Origin: Raillietiella orientalis
Taxonomy: Eukaryota
Direction: 5' to 3'
Assembly: GCA_036172245.1 (NCBI GenBank)
Contig: JAYWIR010000006.1
Span: forward strand, 2,666,001 to 2,730,000
Length of the DNA stretch: 64,000 bases
A program made the translations under genes and the position numbers. Positions 26,401-38,871 of the stretch are shown here, piece after piece (the stretch's first letter is position 1; the number at the start of each line of letters is the position of its first letter). The notes beneath the pieces were generated by a model. It saw only the letters and a program-made list of their open reading frames with translations, did no database searches and had not been told where the DNA came from.

Positions 26401-28819
26401 TCCGTGGCGGAACGTTCGACTGGACGAACCTTAGCCAACTTTAGCGACCGCGGAACCTACTCGTAACGTAAATGGTAAGATTCACACCCATCGCCTTCAT
26501 CACGGACGTGAGTCTGCGGGGACGGTTGCTGCCGCCTCTGGGGAGAGAAGTATGAGACCGTGTCCCGCCGCGGTGCGTTCGCCCGCAGAAACAAGGACTG
26601 AAACTCCTCTTCCAGCCGGGAGAAAAGGACTGCGTTCCCCTCTGGGAGGCCTTCGACATTGGCAACGCGACGGCCTTCGCGGAAGAGTAAAGGTCGCGCC
26701 GTCCTCGGAGCCAAAGCGAAAATTCACAGAAAATGCTCTTCGTAAAGCCGTCATGCCCAGCGGAGAAAGTCTTCGACCACGCGCGCTCGGCAACCTCGTC
26801 GTGGGGAACGGAGGTGATTCTGGTAGGCTCTTTGAGGACTTTCCGATATTCCAGAGTCCAATGTGGCCGGGATGTCTGCTGACTGCACTGGCTGGCCGGC
26901 CGGGTCGCCGTCGGCCGCAGCGACGGTGCCTTTCTGTCCCTTTTTCGCACGCCCGCGCGTCCACGGTGCGGGTAAACCCTCCGGGAGGTCTTTGTCCCTA
27001 CACTGTTGCACTTCCTGAAGACAGCCCTTTGCCGACGACAGCGGATTGGGAACGCGTCGAGCTGGGATTACTGTGGCAAAGAGATTACCATGAGCCAGTG
27101 GGGGCGTCGTCATCCGTGCTTGTGCTTCCTGTCGCGCTCCTTTGCACCATCCCGGCTTTTCCGAGCGCATCTGCGCGCGCGCTTTTGATCCTGAGTTCCT
27201 CAGTCCGTTTCCGCGGCAAGTCAGACTAGCGAAAGACTTGTGGAAAAGGGGGAGGTGAGTGGCAAGCGGCAAGGAGGCGCCATCTAGGGCGCAGGGAGCT
27301 CCGTGAGGGCGATCCCTCTCAGGAGAGCGGATGACGTTTGCCTTGATCCGTTCTGAAAGCCTCCTTCCTTTGCTAGAGGGAAGGCAGCAACCCTAAAGAT
27401 GTTCCGAGGCTGCTCCTAATCCCATTGCTCTCGCATGAAAAGAAGGGCATCCCGAAGATGCTTTCGAGTTTCGTCTCGTGGCACTGTGGATTTCAGCGTT
27501 CCTCCCAGGAATGGGGTGCGTCCTGCGCACTGCGCAGGATTAGCAACCCTTTGATAACAGCAGTCGCGGAACTGCTGACTGCGCTCGTGACGGATCACCG
27601 GCGAGTCCTATGGACCACGGCGGATCGCGTCGGGATGTCAGATCGTGCAACGTCATTCGTTTATCCCTGTTTGCGCTGTAATTGATTTACGCTTCCTCAT
27701 GGCAGCGGCACTTCGGGCAGCCGAGCCCTCGCAGTGGAGAGGGGTTTAATAGAGGCTTGCATCTGCAGCGACGTTCTTAAATTCCAGTCCACCTCAGCTT
27801 GCGCGAAGAGCACTCCGCCGCGTCCCGCATTGTCAAGGGAACTGGGAGAAAAAAAAAAAAAAAAAAAAATCCCTTCTCCCCCCTCTTGTTTTCCTTTCTT
27901 TAGGAGAGTTCCATAAATTGCGAAGGCTGACGCGGTCCAAGCAAACCTTCCGCTCGGAGATCCGAGCGGAAGAGACGGGGTACCTACGCTGCCCCGGGCC
28001 GGGAGCACCGAGACGGAAAGCTCCCCTGCTCTCTATCAATGGCCGAAAGATGAAAAAGCGGTGCATCCGATCTCCCGCGAGGATTTTTCTCAGGGAGCAT
28101 TCCCGTCGAGTATCACTTGCAGCAGCGCGCGATTCACAGAGGTGAGCAAAGGGTCGCTTGGGAACAGAAAAGTCACCTCAAGAACCCCCCGGGGAAAGAG
28201 CCCTCATAACCCCCTAGTAATTATGCGAGAAGAAAAAAAAAAAACGCCCGCATCTCCTCCTTCGACTCTTCCCCGAGCAATTGATTGTTGCACCGCATTT
28301 ATTAGATGTAATGCTCCGCAGCATCCTTCATCCACGCTTACACAGGGAGGTGTCAGGGAGCAAGTTAAAAAAGGAAAGGATAATTCGATTGCGATTTATT
28401 AGATTCCAATATTCTTAGAGAACAATCAGGAAGAGTTTCGGTTCTCAAACTTTTAATGCGGGAATCGATTTCATGTCCCATCCGAACAAAGGGAGTCGCG
28501 CTTTCCCATTTTCCGGGAATAATGCGGAAGAGGACAAGAAAGTTGCAGTGCGCCCACGCAGCGAGCTTCGTTCCCAAGATCGCGGAACCCCTCCCCCTTA
28601 TCCTGTTGAAGCTCGGCGACGATCTGCGCGACTCCACGAGATGTTACGTCGAAGCTGCTCCTTGTCGGGGTGCATCCTCTCCCGGCTGGCGGGGACGGAA
28701 GAGGTGCGGCGCACGGGCTTCGCATCCCATCCCACCAACGGTTCCGTTGGCAAGCGTGAGGGCGGAGTGGCTCTTCAGCGCATGCGCAAACTCGAAACTG
28801 AGCGTCCCGCCCTGACGGT

Positions 28820-29390
28820 CGTGGTGGCTGCGGTTCTACTCGTGCTGCGCCAGGCGCCGCGGGTTCGAATCCCCACGCGGGAGCGTCGACGCCGAGAATG
28901 AGGGGTGCACCGTTGGTTTCGATTCCTCCCCCCTCCGCAGCATAATGCTGATTGGTCCACGGGTTTTTGGATGCGGCACTGGTGGAAACCGGATGCCCCC
29001 GTTGACCCTCCGGGATCCATCTAGGAACTAAGGAACTCTTCGGGGTTCCCCACCAGCTCTGAAAATGGAGCGCGGAACCGAAAAGCGGACGTACCATGGT
29101 GCTGGTTGATACACCCCTCGGAAGGTTGTCTTTCTACAGTGTAAGAAGCGCGCTGCTCCTTCGGGGAGTGCCACTGAGAAATTTGGGAGCAACCCTTCCG
29201 AGTTCCCGCTGGAGAGGAAGCGAAGAGTGCGCCCCATGGAGCAACTCTCTCGCAATTGTCAGAAAGGAAGGGACCCCTTCCTCCGTGGTCTTCTTGGATT
29301 CATAGGATGGTCCCTCCAAGGTCACCCCCTATAACTTGAAGAGTCAACACGCACCCTCGAGCGCCATGGACTCGGTTAAGCAGCTTCGTG
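28820..29390 (+). mobile_element. tRNA-headed SINE-like element (uninterrupted, internally deleted body)
   Basis: B box GGGTTCGAATCCC at 28861-28873 and a second B-box-like GGTTTCGATTCC near 28915. The body ends in ttcttggattcataggatggtccc...ttgaagagtcaacacgcaccctcg, shared with other copies. Confidence 0.7.
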
Positions 29391-31549
29391 AGTCCCCCTG
29401 AGGAGGAGAGCGGTTATTCAGCACATGGAGATTAAAAAAAAAAAAAAGCTGGAAGGAAATCAGCGAGAACAGAAGAACCCAAAAGGATTTCCACCACCAC
29501 CGTCATCATGATCTTCCTGGGTTCGGAAGAACTTCGTCCTACTGCTTGACAACAACCTTCTACGTCGGTGAGGAGGAACTTGGCAATCACTCTCATGTTC
29601 GGTCCGAAAGAACTTTCACGCCGCCTGAAACGGGTAGATTCCATCCGAAGAGCCGCTTCCGTGCAAACGGGGCAAAGCGAACGAGTGACCCTGATTAGCC
29701 GAGTGCGCTTTTCCGGACGGGAGCCAGGAGCCTTGTCCTTCCTTCTTAAGGACGGGGAGAGAGAACCACCTGCATCAGCAGGAGCGCCCATGGAACTCAC
29801 CGAGAACTCGAGTCCCCGCGCGGAAGGAAGTTTGAGGGTGGTGGCGTGTCCCGACAACCGACGAAGGCCGGGACATGCGCACTGGGGGTACATCCTGGGT
29901 CACCGGTCGGGGTGAGCCACTGCCAGCGAGTCCTCCGCGGGAAGACCTGATGCTGGAAAGCGGAGAACCTGCCGAACGTACATTCTGCGCACCGATTTTG
30001 TAGCGACCCACCCGCATCTGAAGTCCCCCAAACGCAGCATCTCTCTGGTGTTTTCCTCAGAACCTTCTGGAGTCTTTGCGCCGAGCCGTCAGCCAGGCCT
30101 CCGCGTTGGCAAGGCCTTCCCGGAGCTGAAAGGATGCAGAAGGCTCCTCGGCATCTGCAGTGCCCAGGTGCTTTTCGGATCCGCGAGCGTCCCGAGGTCG
30201 GACTGGTGTTCCCCGTGGAAGCGGAGCTTCTGTGGTGTCCGCAGAGCTTTCAGGTTTGGTAGAGGGCTTCCTTGTGTCTGCGCCATCACCATGCTTATCC
30301 ACTGTCACTGCTAGCTAGCGTTAGAATATTCTATTTCCGGTGCCGCCACTGGAATGCCTGCGCACTTGAGCGCGGAACTCGAGTGAATCACGTGACTGCG
30401 ACAGGGAGGCGGACGCCACTGACTTCGAGTGTTGCTTGAAGTCCGTGGTGGCGGAATCCAGCAGCAATTGGTTCCAACACATCGGTGAAGATGTCTTCAA
30501 GTTAATTAGGCCTTAAAATTCTCTTTAAATTTCCATATTCTCTCTCTCTCTCTTTTTTTTATAAAAAAAAAACTCCTTCGAGTCTGAAGACAGCCGAAAA
30601 GAGTTCTGGTGCCTCAGAATAGCAGCGCAGAGGTTTCGATCATACCGGCAAGAGACCCCTAATGCAGACCGTGATGCAAGAACAAATCGAACAGCACAGG
30701 TTGTTGCGCATTTTTTTTTTCTTTTCTTTTCCCTTTTCTAGGAAACACAGACCAGAAAAAAAAAGAAAAAAAGAAAAGAAAGAATGAAGCTGTTCACATT
30801 CGACAAGTCTGAAAGCCAATCACATCCTTCAAGGAACCGGAATTTTATGTCCCTCACTCAGGGCATCACGGAGACTGAGATTTGAGAGGAACGCGAAAGG
30901 AAGTCAGGATAGAACTCCGCTCAAGTCCTGTGTCGAATGAATGATCGTCCGAAACTGTCAATGCAGCAGAGCACGTGCTCGAGATCGTCCACAGTCTCCA
31001 GGGGGAGAAGGGAAGGAGGGGAAAGAGGGAGATAAATAAGTGATTCTTATCAATTGTTCGTCCACCATTCTCCTCCTGCCGTTTATCCCAGATGGCTGGC
31101 CACCCAGATGGTGGGGAAACCCGGCCCTCGGGACGGAGCAGCAGCGAGTCGCACGCTGTGGCGGAGAAGTCGTGGCCCTCGAGCAGAGCCGTCTGAAGTC
31201 GAAGACGAATCGTCCGATCGATGGAGTTTCCTCCTCAGGGGCCCCGGTGGAGGGGCTGGGAAATCATTCACTGCTGGAACAATCCAGCCCTACTCCCCAG
31301 CGAACTCTCGTCTTGCTGGGATGAGGGAGTCTCGCTGCACATCGAATGAATCTGGCTGCTGCCGAGCCGAAGACTGTTGGATGCTGAGCAGAGGGAAGCT
31401 GCCTCATCCTTCCGGGAAAGAGGACAGAGAAGGCTCGCGGCTTACTTCCCAGACAGCGAGAGCGTCGAGGGAAGAGAACTTCCTGCACTGCGGATGCAGG
31501 TTTGCTCAGAGAGTCGGGGCACGACTTCATCCCGCTCCCCCTCCTCCAA

Positions 31550-32230
31550 GCTCCCGCGTCGGAAGCCATGTGGCTACTGAGGTCTCCGCGCGTGGCACCA
31601 CCAAGCGTCGCGGGTTCGAATACGCGGAAAGAACCGACGCCGAGAGATGGGGCTGCGTCATGGGTTCGAGTTCCTCCCACGAGATGACGCTGGTTGGCCT
31701 TCATTCATTCGGGTGTGGCATTGGTAGTGGTTGAAACCGGATGCCCCGATGAGGGCCGGGATGATGGGAGTCGACTTTCGGGTCCTTCCAGGAATCAAGC
31801 AGTGGGGAGCTCCCTTCCGGTTGTGAAGGAGAGGACCCTCATTCCAGGGGGGCCTCCGCGTCGTATTGATAAAAGAGATATGTCGCCACCTTCCTAGACA
31901 GTGCAGAGAAGCGCTCCTCTCCCTTCGGGAAGCTCCCCTCAGAGAAATTTCGGAAACATTCCTTCCGGGATCTCTTCCGTGGAGGAAACCAGGAGAGGTT
32001 CCCCTTGAGGGTTCCCTCCGAAGAAGAAAAAAATGGAGCGGACCCCCACGAGGGTCCCTTCGGAGAGAATAAGGAAGGCGATTCCCTCCGGGATTTCCTT
32101 CAAGACAGCCAGGGTGGAGCGTTTCCCTTCGGGGTTCCCTCCCCCTTCCAGGCGTGAGAGGAGCGAACTTCGAGCCCTTCCTGGATTCAAACGGAAATCC
32201 CGTTGCCTGGAGGCAGCCGTTGGAAAGAAC
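31550..32230 (+). mobile_element. tRNA-headed SINE-like element
   Basis: A-box-like gtggctactgagg, with B-box-like CGGGTTCGAA at 31611-31620 and TGGGTTCGAG at 31661-31670. The body is homologous to 2905-3380. Confidence 0.72.
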
Positions 32231-33244
32231 TAAAGGAACCATCTTGCCGAGAAGGATCGGAAAAGCCGTTCCCGTTCCGGAAGATGACTTGTCCGAAAGA
32301 ACCGCGAATCCTTCAGGCAGGCCGTTTCTCTTCCTCGAATTTTACATCCGCTTTCAGCACCGAGAGGAGCTCCGGGCATCAGCCCCTGGTCTTAGGGACA
32401 GAGAGCACAACACGAGGCACCTCCCGAGCTGCGTTCCTCCTGTAGCGCCTCCTCGCTCCAGTCGGCGGTGGACCATGCAGTCCCTATTTGGTTTCCCGGG
32501 AGGGTTGCCGCTTCCTCGAATTCGAGCCAGATCAAGCGGGCCGCGCGATCCTGGAAGTTGTCCCAGCGGCTCCGCTTAATGATTTCCCTGACCTCGCTCG
32601 GGGACCCCCTCCGGGATGCCATCCGAAAAGTGCGATCGGGATTCATACGTAATGAAGGTTTCGTCCATTGCAGGGAGAGCGGAAACTGCTGTGGAACTTG
32701 CTCTTGGGATCTTGTAAACACGAGTCGTCGAGCTTGCATGGATGTGGCAGCACGCCGCCCCCAAGAAAAGTTCCCCATAACGCAACGCTGTCGATAGTGC
32801 TCGCTCCTCTCCCTCGTTTCACACGAGTGTGGAAGCTGGGTCCATTAATCGTTCGGCGTCAGGCCTTCCTCTTTTCGACCGTCCCTTCGAAGGCGAACTG
32901 CCATGGCAACGTGCAGGTTATTTTGTGCACAGTGGGCTGAAACCCATCGCGTCAGTTTGGGTCCTGCGAAAGTGGAGGGTACATTCCGCTAATAAAACAT
33001 CGAAAGACTATGGCTTTCTTATGGCCCAGGGCGTATGACGCGCCCTCTGGCTGCATCCTTATATGTGTCTCCTACGCAAGGGCATGCGAAACCGAGAACC
33101 GTTGAGTCGCTTTCAAATTGGAAATTCTGGATTGAATGGGAATCCTTTGGGATTCTATTCTCGCTGCTTTCTTTCCAACTTTCTCTTTTTCGAGGAGGGG
33201 GTTCGCCAAGTGACGAAGAACCTTTCGCCCCCTTAGGGGAATGT

Positions 33245-33800
33245 ACAGAAGCTCTTTAACACTGTCCACGCCACCCGGGAGTGCGTGTGGTTCTTCAAGT
33301 TAGGGAGTAACCCCGTGGGGACCACCTTATCAATCCAGGAAGGCTTCGGAGGAAGGAGTCCGATCCTCTTACGATCGGGAGGGAATCCTGAAGGGAACTC
33401 TCGTGCTGGTTGTCTCCGAAAGGAACCCCTAAGGAAGCAGAGCACTTCTTACACTCTGGAGAGGCGATTCCCGAGACCAGCCGTATAGCACGGCTCTATT
33501 TCCCCGACCGGAGGGGAAGCTCTGAAGAGAACCGGTTTCTCGATTCCTGGACGTACCCCGGAAGGTCAACTTCCAATCACAGCCAGTCCTACGGGGACAT
33601 TCGGTTTCCATCGATGCTGCACCTGAAGCTCACAAGTCACCCAGCGTCATGCTGTGGGGGGTGGAAGAGGGACTGGAGACCCACGACGCACTCCCCATTC
33701 CCGGCTCGCTCCTTCCCCGGGCGGATTCGAACCCGCGGCGCCTGATGATACACGTGGAGACAGCAGCCTCGCGGGCTCCAACGCGCGCCGCATGGCGACG
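33245..33800 (-). mobile_element. tRNA-headed SINE-like element
   Basis: The body at 33245-33620 is homologous to 43565-44100 and 57255-57690. The head contains ggattcgaacccgcg (reverse-complement B box) near 33723. Confidence 0.72.
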
Positions 33801-35399
33801 GGCGTGGCAGGCTTCAGCGGTGGCATTTCCGATCAATGCAGATGGATCTTGCATCTCACAAACTTTCTTCATCCATTTCTTGTAAGTGACTTTGAGATGC
33901 TGCGTTCCCAAGAGCAGCTGAAGAGAGAAACCTGCATATTTGTATCCGCACCTCTTTATCCCCTTCGAAAGAAAGCTCTAATGATCCCACTGCTGGCTCT
34001 AAGAAACTACGTGCAATCCTGGTTCGCCTAATTATGGACAAAGACGAGCAGTTCAGGGCATATTTCGTCTTGGCCGTTGACCTTTCATCCTACTGTTTGC
34101 CTCCCTGGGTACCACCTTTGCTTGTGGTGAAGAAAACACCACGTGCGCACACGTACGTGGTGTTTTCTTCATCCCACGCTTGCTGAGGATTGCCGATCGC
34201 CGTCCATCCGGAGGTAGCTCAAAGGTCGCGACTCCATGCCACAGTTTCGCCTCAATGAAGCGAAACTAAGGCACGGCAAAACGCGGATGTTCGGGAATGG
34301 ACGCTCGCAGAACCAGTGACAGGCTGAGGGCTGAGGGTCCCGAGCCTGGGGACAGCACGCGGAAAGTTAAATGGAAAGAGCCACTCGGGTGCTTTCCCTT
34401 CCAGCAGCTCGCGTGCGTGAGGACTGATATGCCTTAATCCCTAGGGAATCCTTCTTCCTGTCCGCCTCGGTTGCTCTGCCTCCCGACTCCCCTTGGTGTT
34501 CGCCGTTTCTGTGGCGGTTGAAACGCCGCGTTGAGAACGTCCGGTGTCCCTCCACACATCACGGTGACCTTTCGTGCTGCAAGAGGAAATGCGCCTGGCT
34601 CTTGCCCTCCGGGTCGAGCCAAGTAACCGAAGATACGTCTGCCGTCCGGCTGGTTGCTGCGAGACTGTCTCACAGGATACACGAGTGCCTGATTTGTCCC
34701 GTCCCCTTCCCGGAAGACTCTAGTTTTCTACTGTGTCCTTCAGCTGCTGCCATCCTTCTATCTCAAGTTCCTTCGAATGATTCATCGAAATGAGGGAGTC
34801 TGCCCTTTGAGTCTTCGCAGCAGATAACGCCGATGCGAGCGCAGCCAAGCTGGCACAGGTTGCCTGGAAACCGCAACTTGGGAGCTGCTGTGAGGTGGGA
34901 AGTCAGCAGATGGGGAGGAAGGAGGAGGAAAATGTCCCAAAGAGAATGTCCTCAGAGTAAGAAATTCTTCCCTCCGCAAGCGCGGGGGATGATGCTTCAG
35001 CCAAATGTCGAGCCTGGCAATCGGGGACAGCACGGCCCTTCAACGAGCACGGATGCCTCCACGCTCGTGACCCAGGAAGAACGGCACTTCTCAGTGTGGA
35101 GGAAACAAATTTGCTATCACAAAGATTTACAAGACAGAGGATTCCGTAATTCTTATTCTTACAGTCAGTCTTGTAGATCTTGGGGTGAACTCAGGAAGGC
35201 TCCTGCGGAAGGAGTCTTTCCAGAAATTAAGGAGCCCTTCGGGTTTCCCTCCCGAAGGGTTTCTTGAGGGACTGTTTTTTTGGTTTTTCGGTTGGAATCG
35301 GGGAAAATTCATTAGCATCTTTGTCAAGGCGAACAGACTCTAAGTAGAATTGGAAGAGTCAAGTGCTTCTTCGCGACATGGTCCAGCTTCGAGTTTCCA

Positions 35400-36800
35400 A
35401 TTATCAGATCCTGCGGCCGAAGGATTGCGGGAATCTGAGTGTGGATGCTGCAAGAGAGCAGGCATCTCCGAGCAGTGAAGGCACGCTATGGATCTCTCAG
35501 TGCTGCTGGTAGCCGGCGAGGGAGCTCCGCGGAAGAGTTAAGAAACTTGAAGATGTTCCCTCCGAAATCGCGAGATGCGACGAATGAAGCGCTCCTTCGG
35601 GCCATTGGTGGAGAGCAAATCCAACGTTCAGGATGGGCAGAACCAACAGCAATCGAAGTCTTTCTGTTCTTCCGATCGCTCTTTAAGCATGAAGTGTTCA
35701 ATTATTCAAGCGGCATAATGGAATGATTATTTTTTAACAAGGAAGCACTCTACAAGAATGGTGTTCTTTTTTGACGGAGTGGTCATCTCGCTGTCAGCAG
35801 AGCACTTGCCTCGGAACTTTTCCTCCAGTTTTGAGCGCACTGCCTCCTCGCGGGGGGCCACTGGACGTCTGCTGTTCTGAAGCGAAAACTGCGAAGTGCC
35901 TCACCCAAAAAACGTTTAAAAAGCAATGCTTTTGGGTTCGCCGAAGCGACGCTATCGAGGGCAAAGAGACGCAGTCCAGATCTCTCTTCGGGGACTGCAC
36001 AATCTCTGGTTCACTGGTTTCCTGGTTCGCCATTGCGTTTCTCGACTTGGCGACCTGTCGAACAAATGGAAGGCACTTTCGGCTGAGGAAAACGAGGCGC
36101 GACACCATCGAGGAACGGGTGCGCATCTACAGGGACCAGTCCTCTAGACAAGTTCTTTCCTGAGCCACCTTTCGGTCCGCGCTGCATTGGAGGGATGCAG
36201 AATGAGCCGATAGAGCGGCTCATAGGAAGCAGCAATGAGTGGTGCGCGCGCACCTCTCGACAATCTGTTTCCTCGAATCCCGTTATGTCCAAAGGGATGA
36301 GCGGTTTCGGTGAACGACGAACTTTTTTTTCAAGGAGCTTGGGATTTCCTGTGCGCGGTACCAAACACCTCTTTTTGGTGCGATCGCAACGGTGGAGTTC
36401 GAGCAACGTAAAGAGATTGGAACCCAGTTACACCGGGACGTTTATTTCCAAAAAGAAAAATTCAGAGAAGCCAAAGAAAAAGAGGTCAGCAAGGAACCCG
36501 CAAGACGCTTTCCGCTGCTTTTTCGGAGCTCCGAAATCCTCCAAACGACCGCGCGAGGACCGCAGACTTCCTCTCGACCTCGCGGACAAGTTCAGTCGTC
36601 TATCGTCTTTCGCAAAGCTGCAGCCTCCAGTCGCAGCACACCTCTGGCGACGCGAGCACTCGTGAGGAATCGCGCCTTTGGGTTCAGGTCGCCCACTGTT
36701 TACGAGGTTGCAGTGAGAGCTTTTGTTCGAATTCCCTACGGACTTGGAACCCGAGCGACTCGAGTCTTGGAAGCTGCCGGCGTATCCGTGAGATTCCTGC
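35400..36800 (-). mobile_element. Decayed non-LTR RT relic
   Basis: GNKRPGVTGF (KxPGxDG-like) near 36430, followed by RCLVPRTGNPK (LIPK.G.P-like). Confidence 0.35.
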
Positions 36801-38660
36801 CCTGGAAACGAATACGCTACAGATCACACTGGTTTCTCCTCCTGAAACCCGCCCGTCTTCAGACAATCAGAAAGATGCAGCCCACACGCTCCTTTTCTTT
36901 GCCGCCGAGAGAGCAGCAGCACTCTCGAGTGCGATGAAGAGCAGCAAAGAAAAGAAAAGCTTTTTGCGACAAGTTTTCCCCTTCATCGGGTGAGCACATG
37001 AAAAGACAAACATACGAGGCAGGAAACAATTTGGATATATAAGGTTCCGTATTACTAATGCATGTAAACGGATGATTACGAATACTCAAAAACTGTATGC
37101 CACAGTGCGCACACTAAGATGGTATCTAGAGATGGTAGTCAGTCTATCGAGAGGTCGTTCTCCTGCCGGTACAGCATTTTCAGTCCATCCTGTCTTTGTT
37201 TTCCCAGATCAAGTCTTATTATCTAAAACTATGAGCAGCACCGGTTCCGGAAATGTCGTTTGGTTCCTCAAATGGACTATCGGAAATCGCCCGCAGATTT
37301 TTGCTGGTCAACAACAGAAACTCAAGAATTCCGTTCTACTTTACTGAAGGTAGACGAAGGTATTGTAGACTTTGGTAGAGCGGCACTGCCTGAAGCAACG
37401 TCGAGCGAACTCACTCCGGGTGTATGAAATTTCGGTACGTCGCTACCGAGTTTACGAACCCGTGACGTGGGCGGTCCTGCGACGTGGGCGACCCGAACAC
37501 ACCCCCTGGAACTAGGTTTCCTGACTGTTGACCCCATTGGTATTGGCGCCGGAAGAGATGCAGGAGGCAAGAGTGCGAAACTCAACCAATTACCAAAGTA
37601 ATGAAGAGTAGCTGATCTTCATAAAAATACAAAATTACCCGACCAAATAGCGATTTAGTATATGTACCGCCGAAGCAGGTACGATAGCAATTTAACCAAA
37701 TAGCGATTTAACTGATTTCCCTATAATAATTGAACTTCTCCGTAATAATTACGTTTCCATCGGAAACAGTTCAGGTTTCGTGGACGGCAGATGCGCGGCT
37801 GCTGACCAGCTCTGCCTGAACGTGTGGAAACGGACGAAACAGAATCGACAAATCCATTCCACCTGACTAATAGTAAAATCCCAAAAGGAATCCCAGAGAA
37901 CTGGGATTCCAGAGAATTTCATGTTCAGTGGATGCTTGGAACTGTTGCAAACCGAGCCAACTTGAAACTGAGCCACTCACCTACTTAACGCATACTGTCG
38001 AAAGCGCGCTTCACACTGAACGGAGACTGAAGTTAAGAGGATTGGGAGGCAGCCACACCTTCCGGAACGCCGCAGACCACGGTGGCACAGCGGTTCGCAA
38101 GCTACTTGAATATGTTGCGCAAGACAGGAAACTGCCTGAGATTCTTGAATGATCACCAGCAACCACTCGAAACGAAAGGGTGGCCTCACAGCGGCATTTT
38201 TCTTTGCCTAGCCCTGGAGCAAACAGCGAGTCACGTGGCTGGGAAGCAAACAAACGGACACCAATGGGTCGAAAGGAGAGCGGAGGAGTGGGAAGTCAGC
38301 GGAAGGACGGGAGGCGCACATTCGTAGAAGCCTAGCGTGCCATCCAAGACGACCTGAAGCTGGAATGATGATGCACTTCGCAGCGCTCGATCGTCCCAAG
38401 ACAAGAACTCGCGAGGACCTTGTGAGATCGTGGAGAGTTGACATCCGCCTTAGAGAAGATGGGATGTTCGGACAGCACGGTGACCCACGATAAGGGGAAT
38501 CGTGTCGAGGATTCCGATGGCATTTTACGCTTGGCCGAAATTCGCAGTTCAGCGCCAGAAAGAACTCTTTGCGGACCGGGTCGCGGGGCGAACTAACCGA
38601 ACGCGTGCGGGAAGCACGTGACCCGCATCGCGAGGCTTCGGGATCGGGGCGCCTTCTTAC

Positions 38661-38871
38661 CTAAACAGATTAGGCTGAAAAACTGGCTTATTTTCGGCTC
38701 CGTGGAGATCTGGCACTCGTAGACCCCACTGTCCTGCTTTTGAAAGTTCTTGATTCGGAGTGTCCATATCGTGTCGTCATCTGAATGTATGATCTCGAAT
38801 CGTTCGTCTTTGACGTACGTGTACTTCCCAATCGTCAGAATGTGAGCGTCACTCTTCCTGATCCAGGAGAC
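38661..38871 (-). CDS. Dpr-family Ig gene, coding exon B (remainder of Ig domain 1)
   Basis: Acceptor ctcttttcctttgcAG| and donor |GTAAG. The 211 nt exon runs from phase 0 to phase 1. It encodes VSWIRKSDAHILTIGKYTYVKDERFEIIHSDDDTIWTLRIKNFQKQDSGVYECQISTEPKISQFFSLICL, carrying the Dpr signatures VSWIR...HILT.G.YTY..D.RF and DSG.YECQ(I/V)STEP. Confidence 0.95.

Noticed and set aside
28820..28880. GGTTCGAATCCC motifs as functional tRNA genes (also near 31611, 33723, 42060, 44185, 59120)
   Set aside because: No complete cloverleaf could be drawn, and each motif is embedded in the same longer dispersed repeat, so they were treated as SINE heads.
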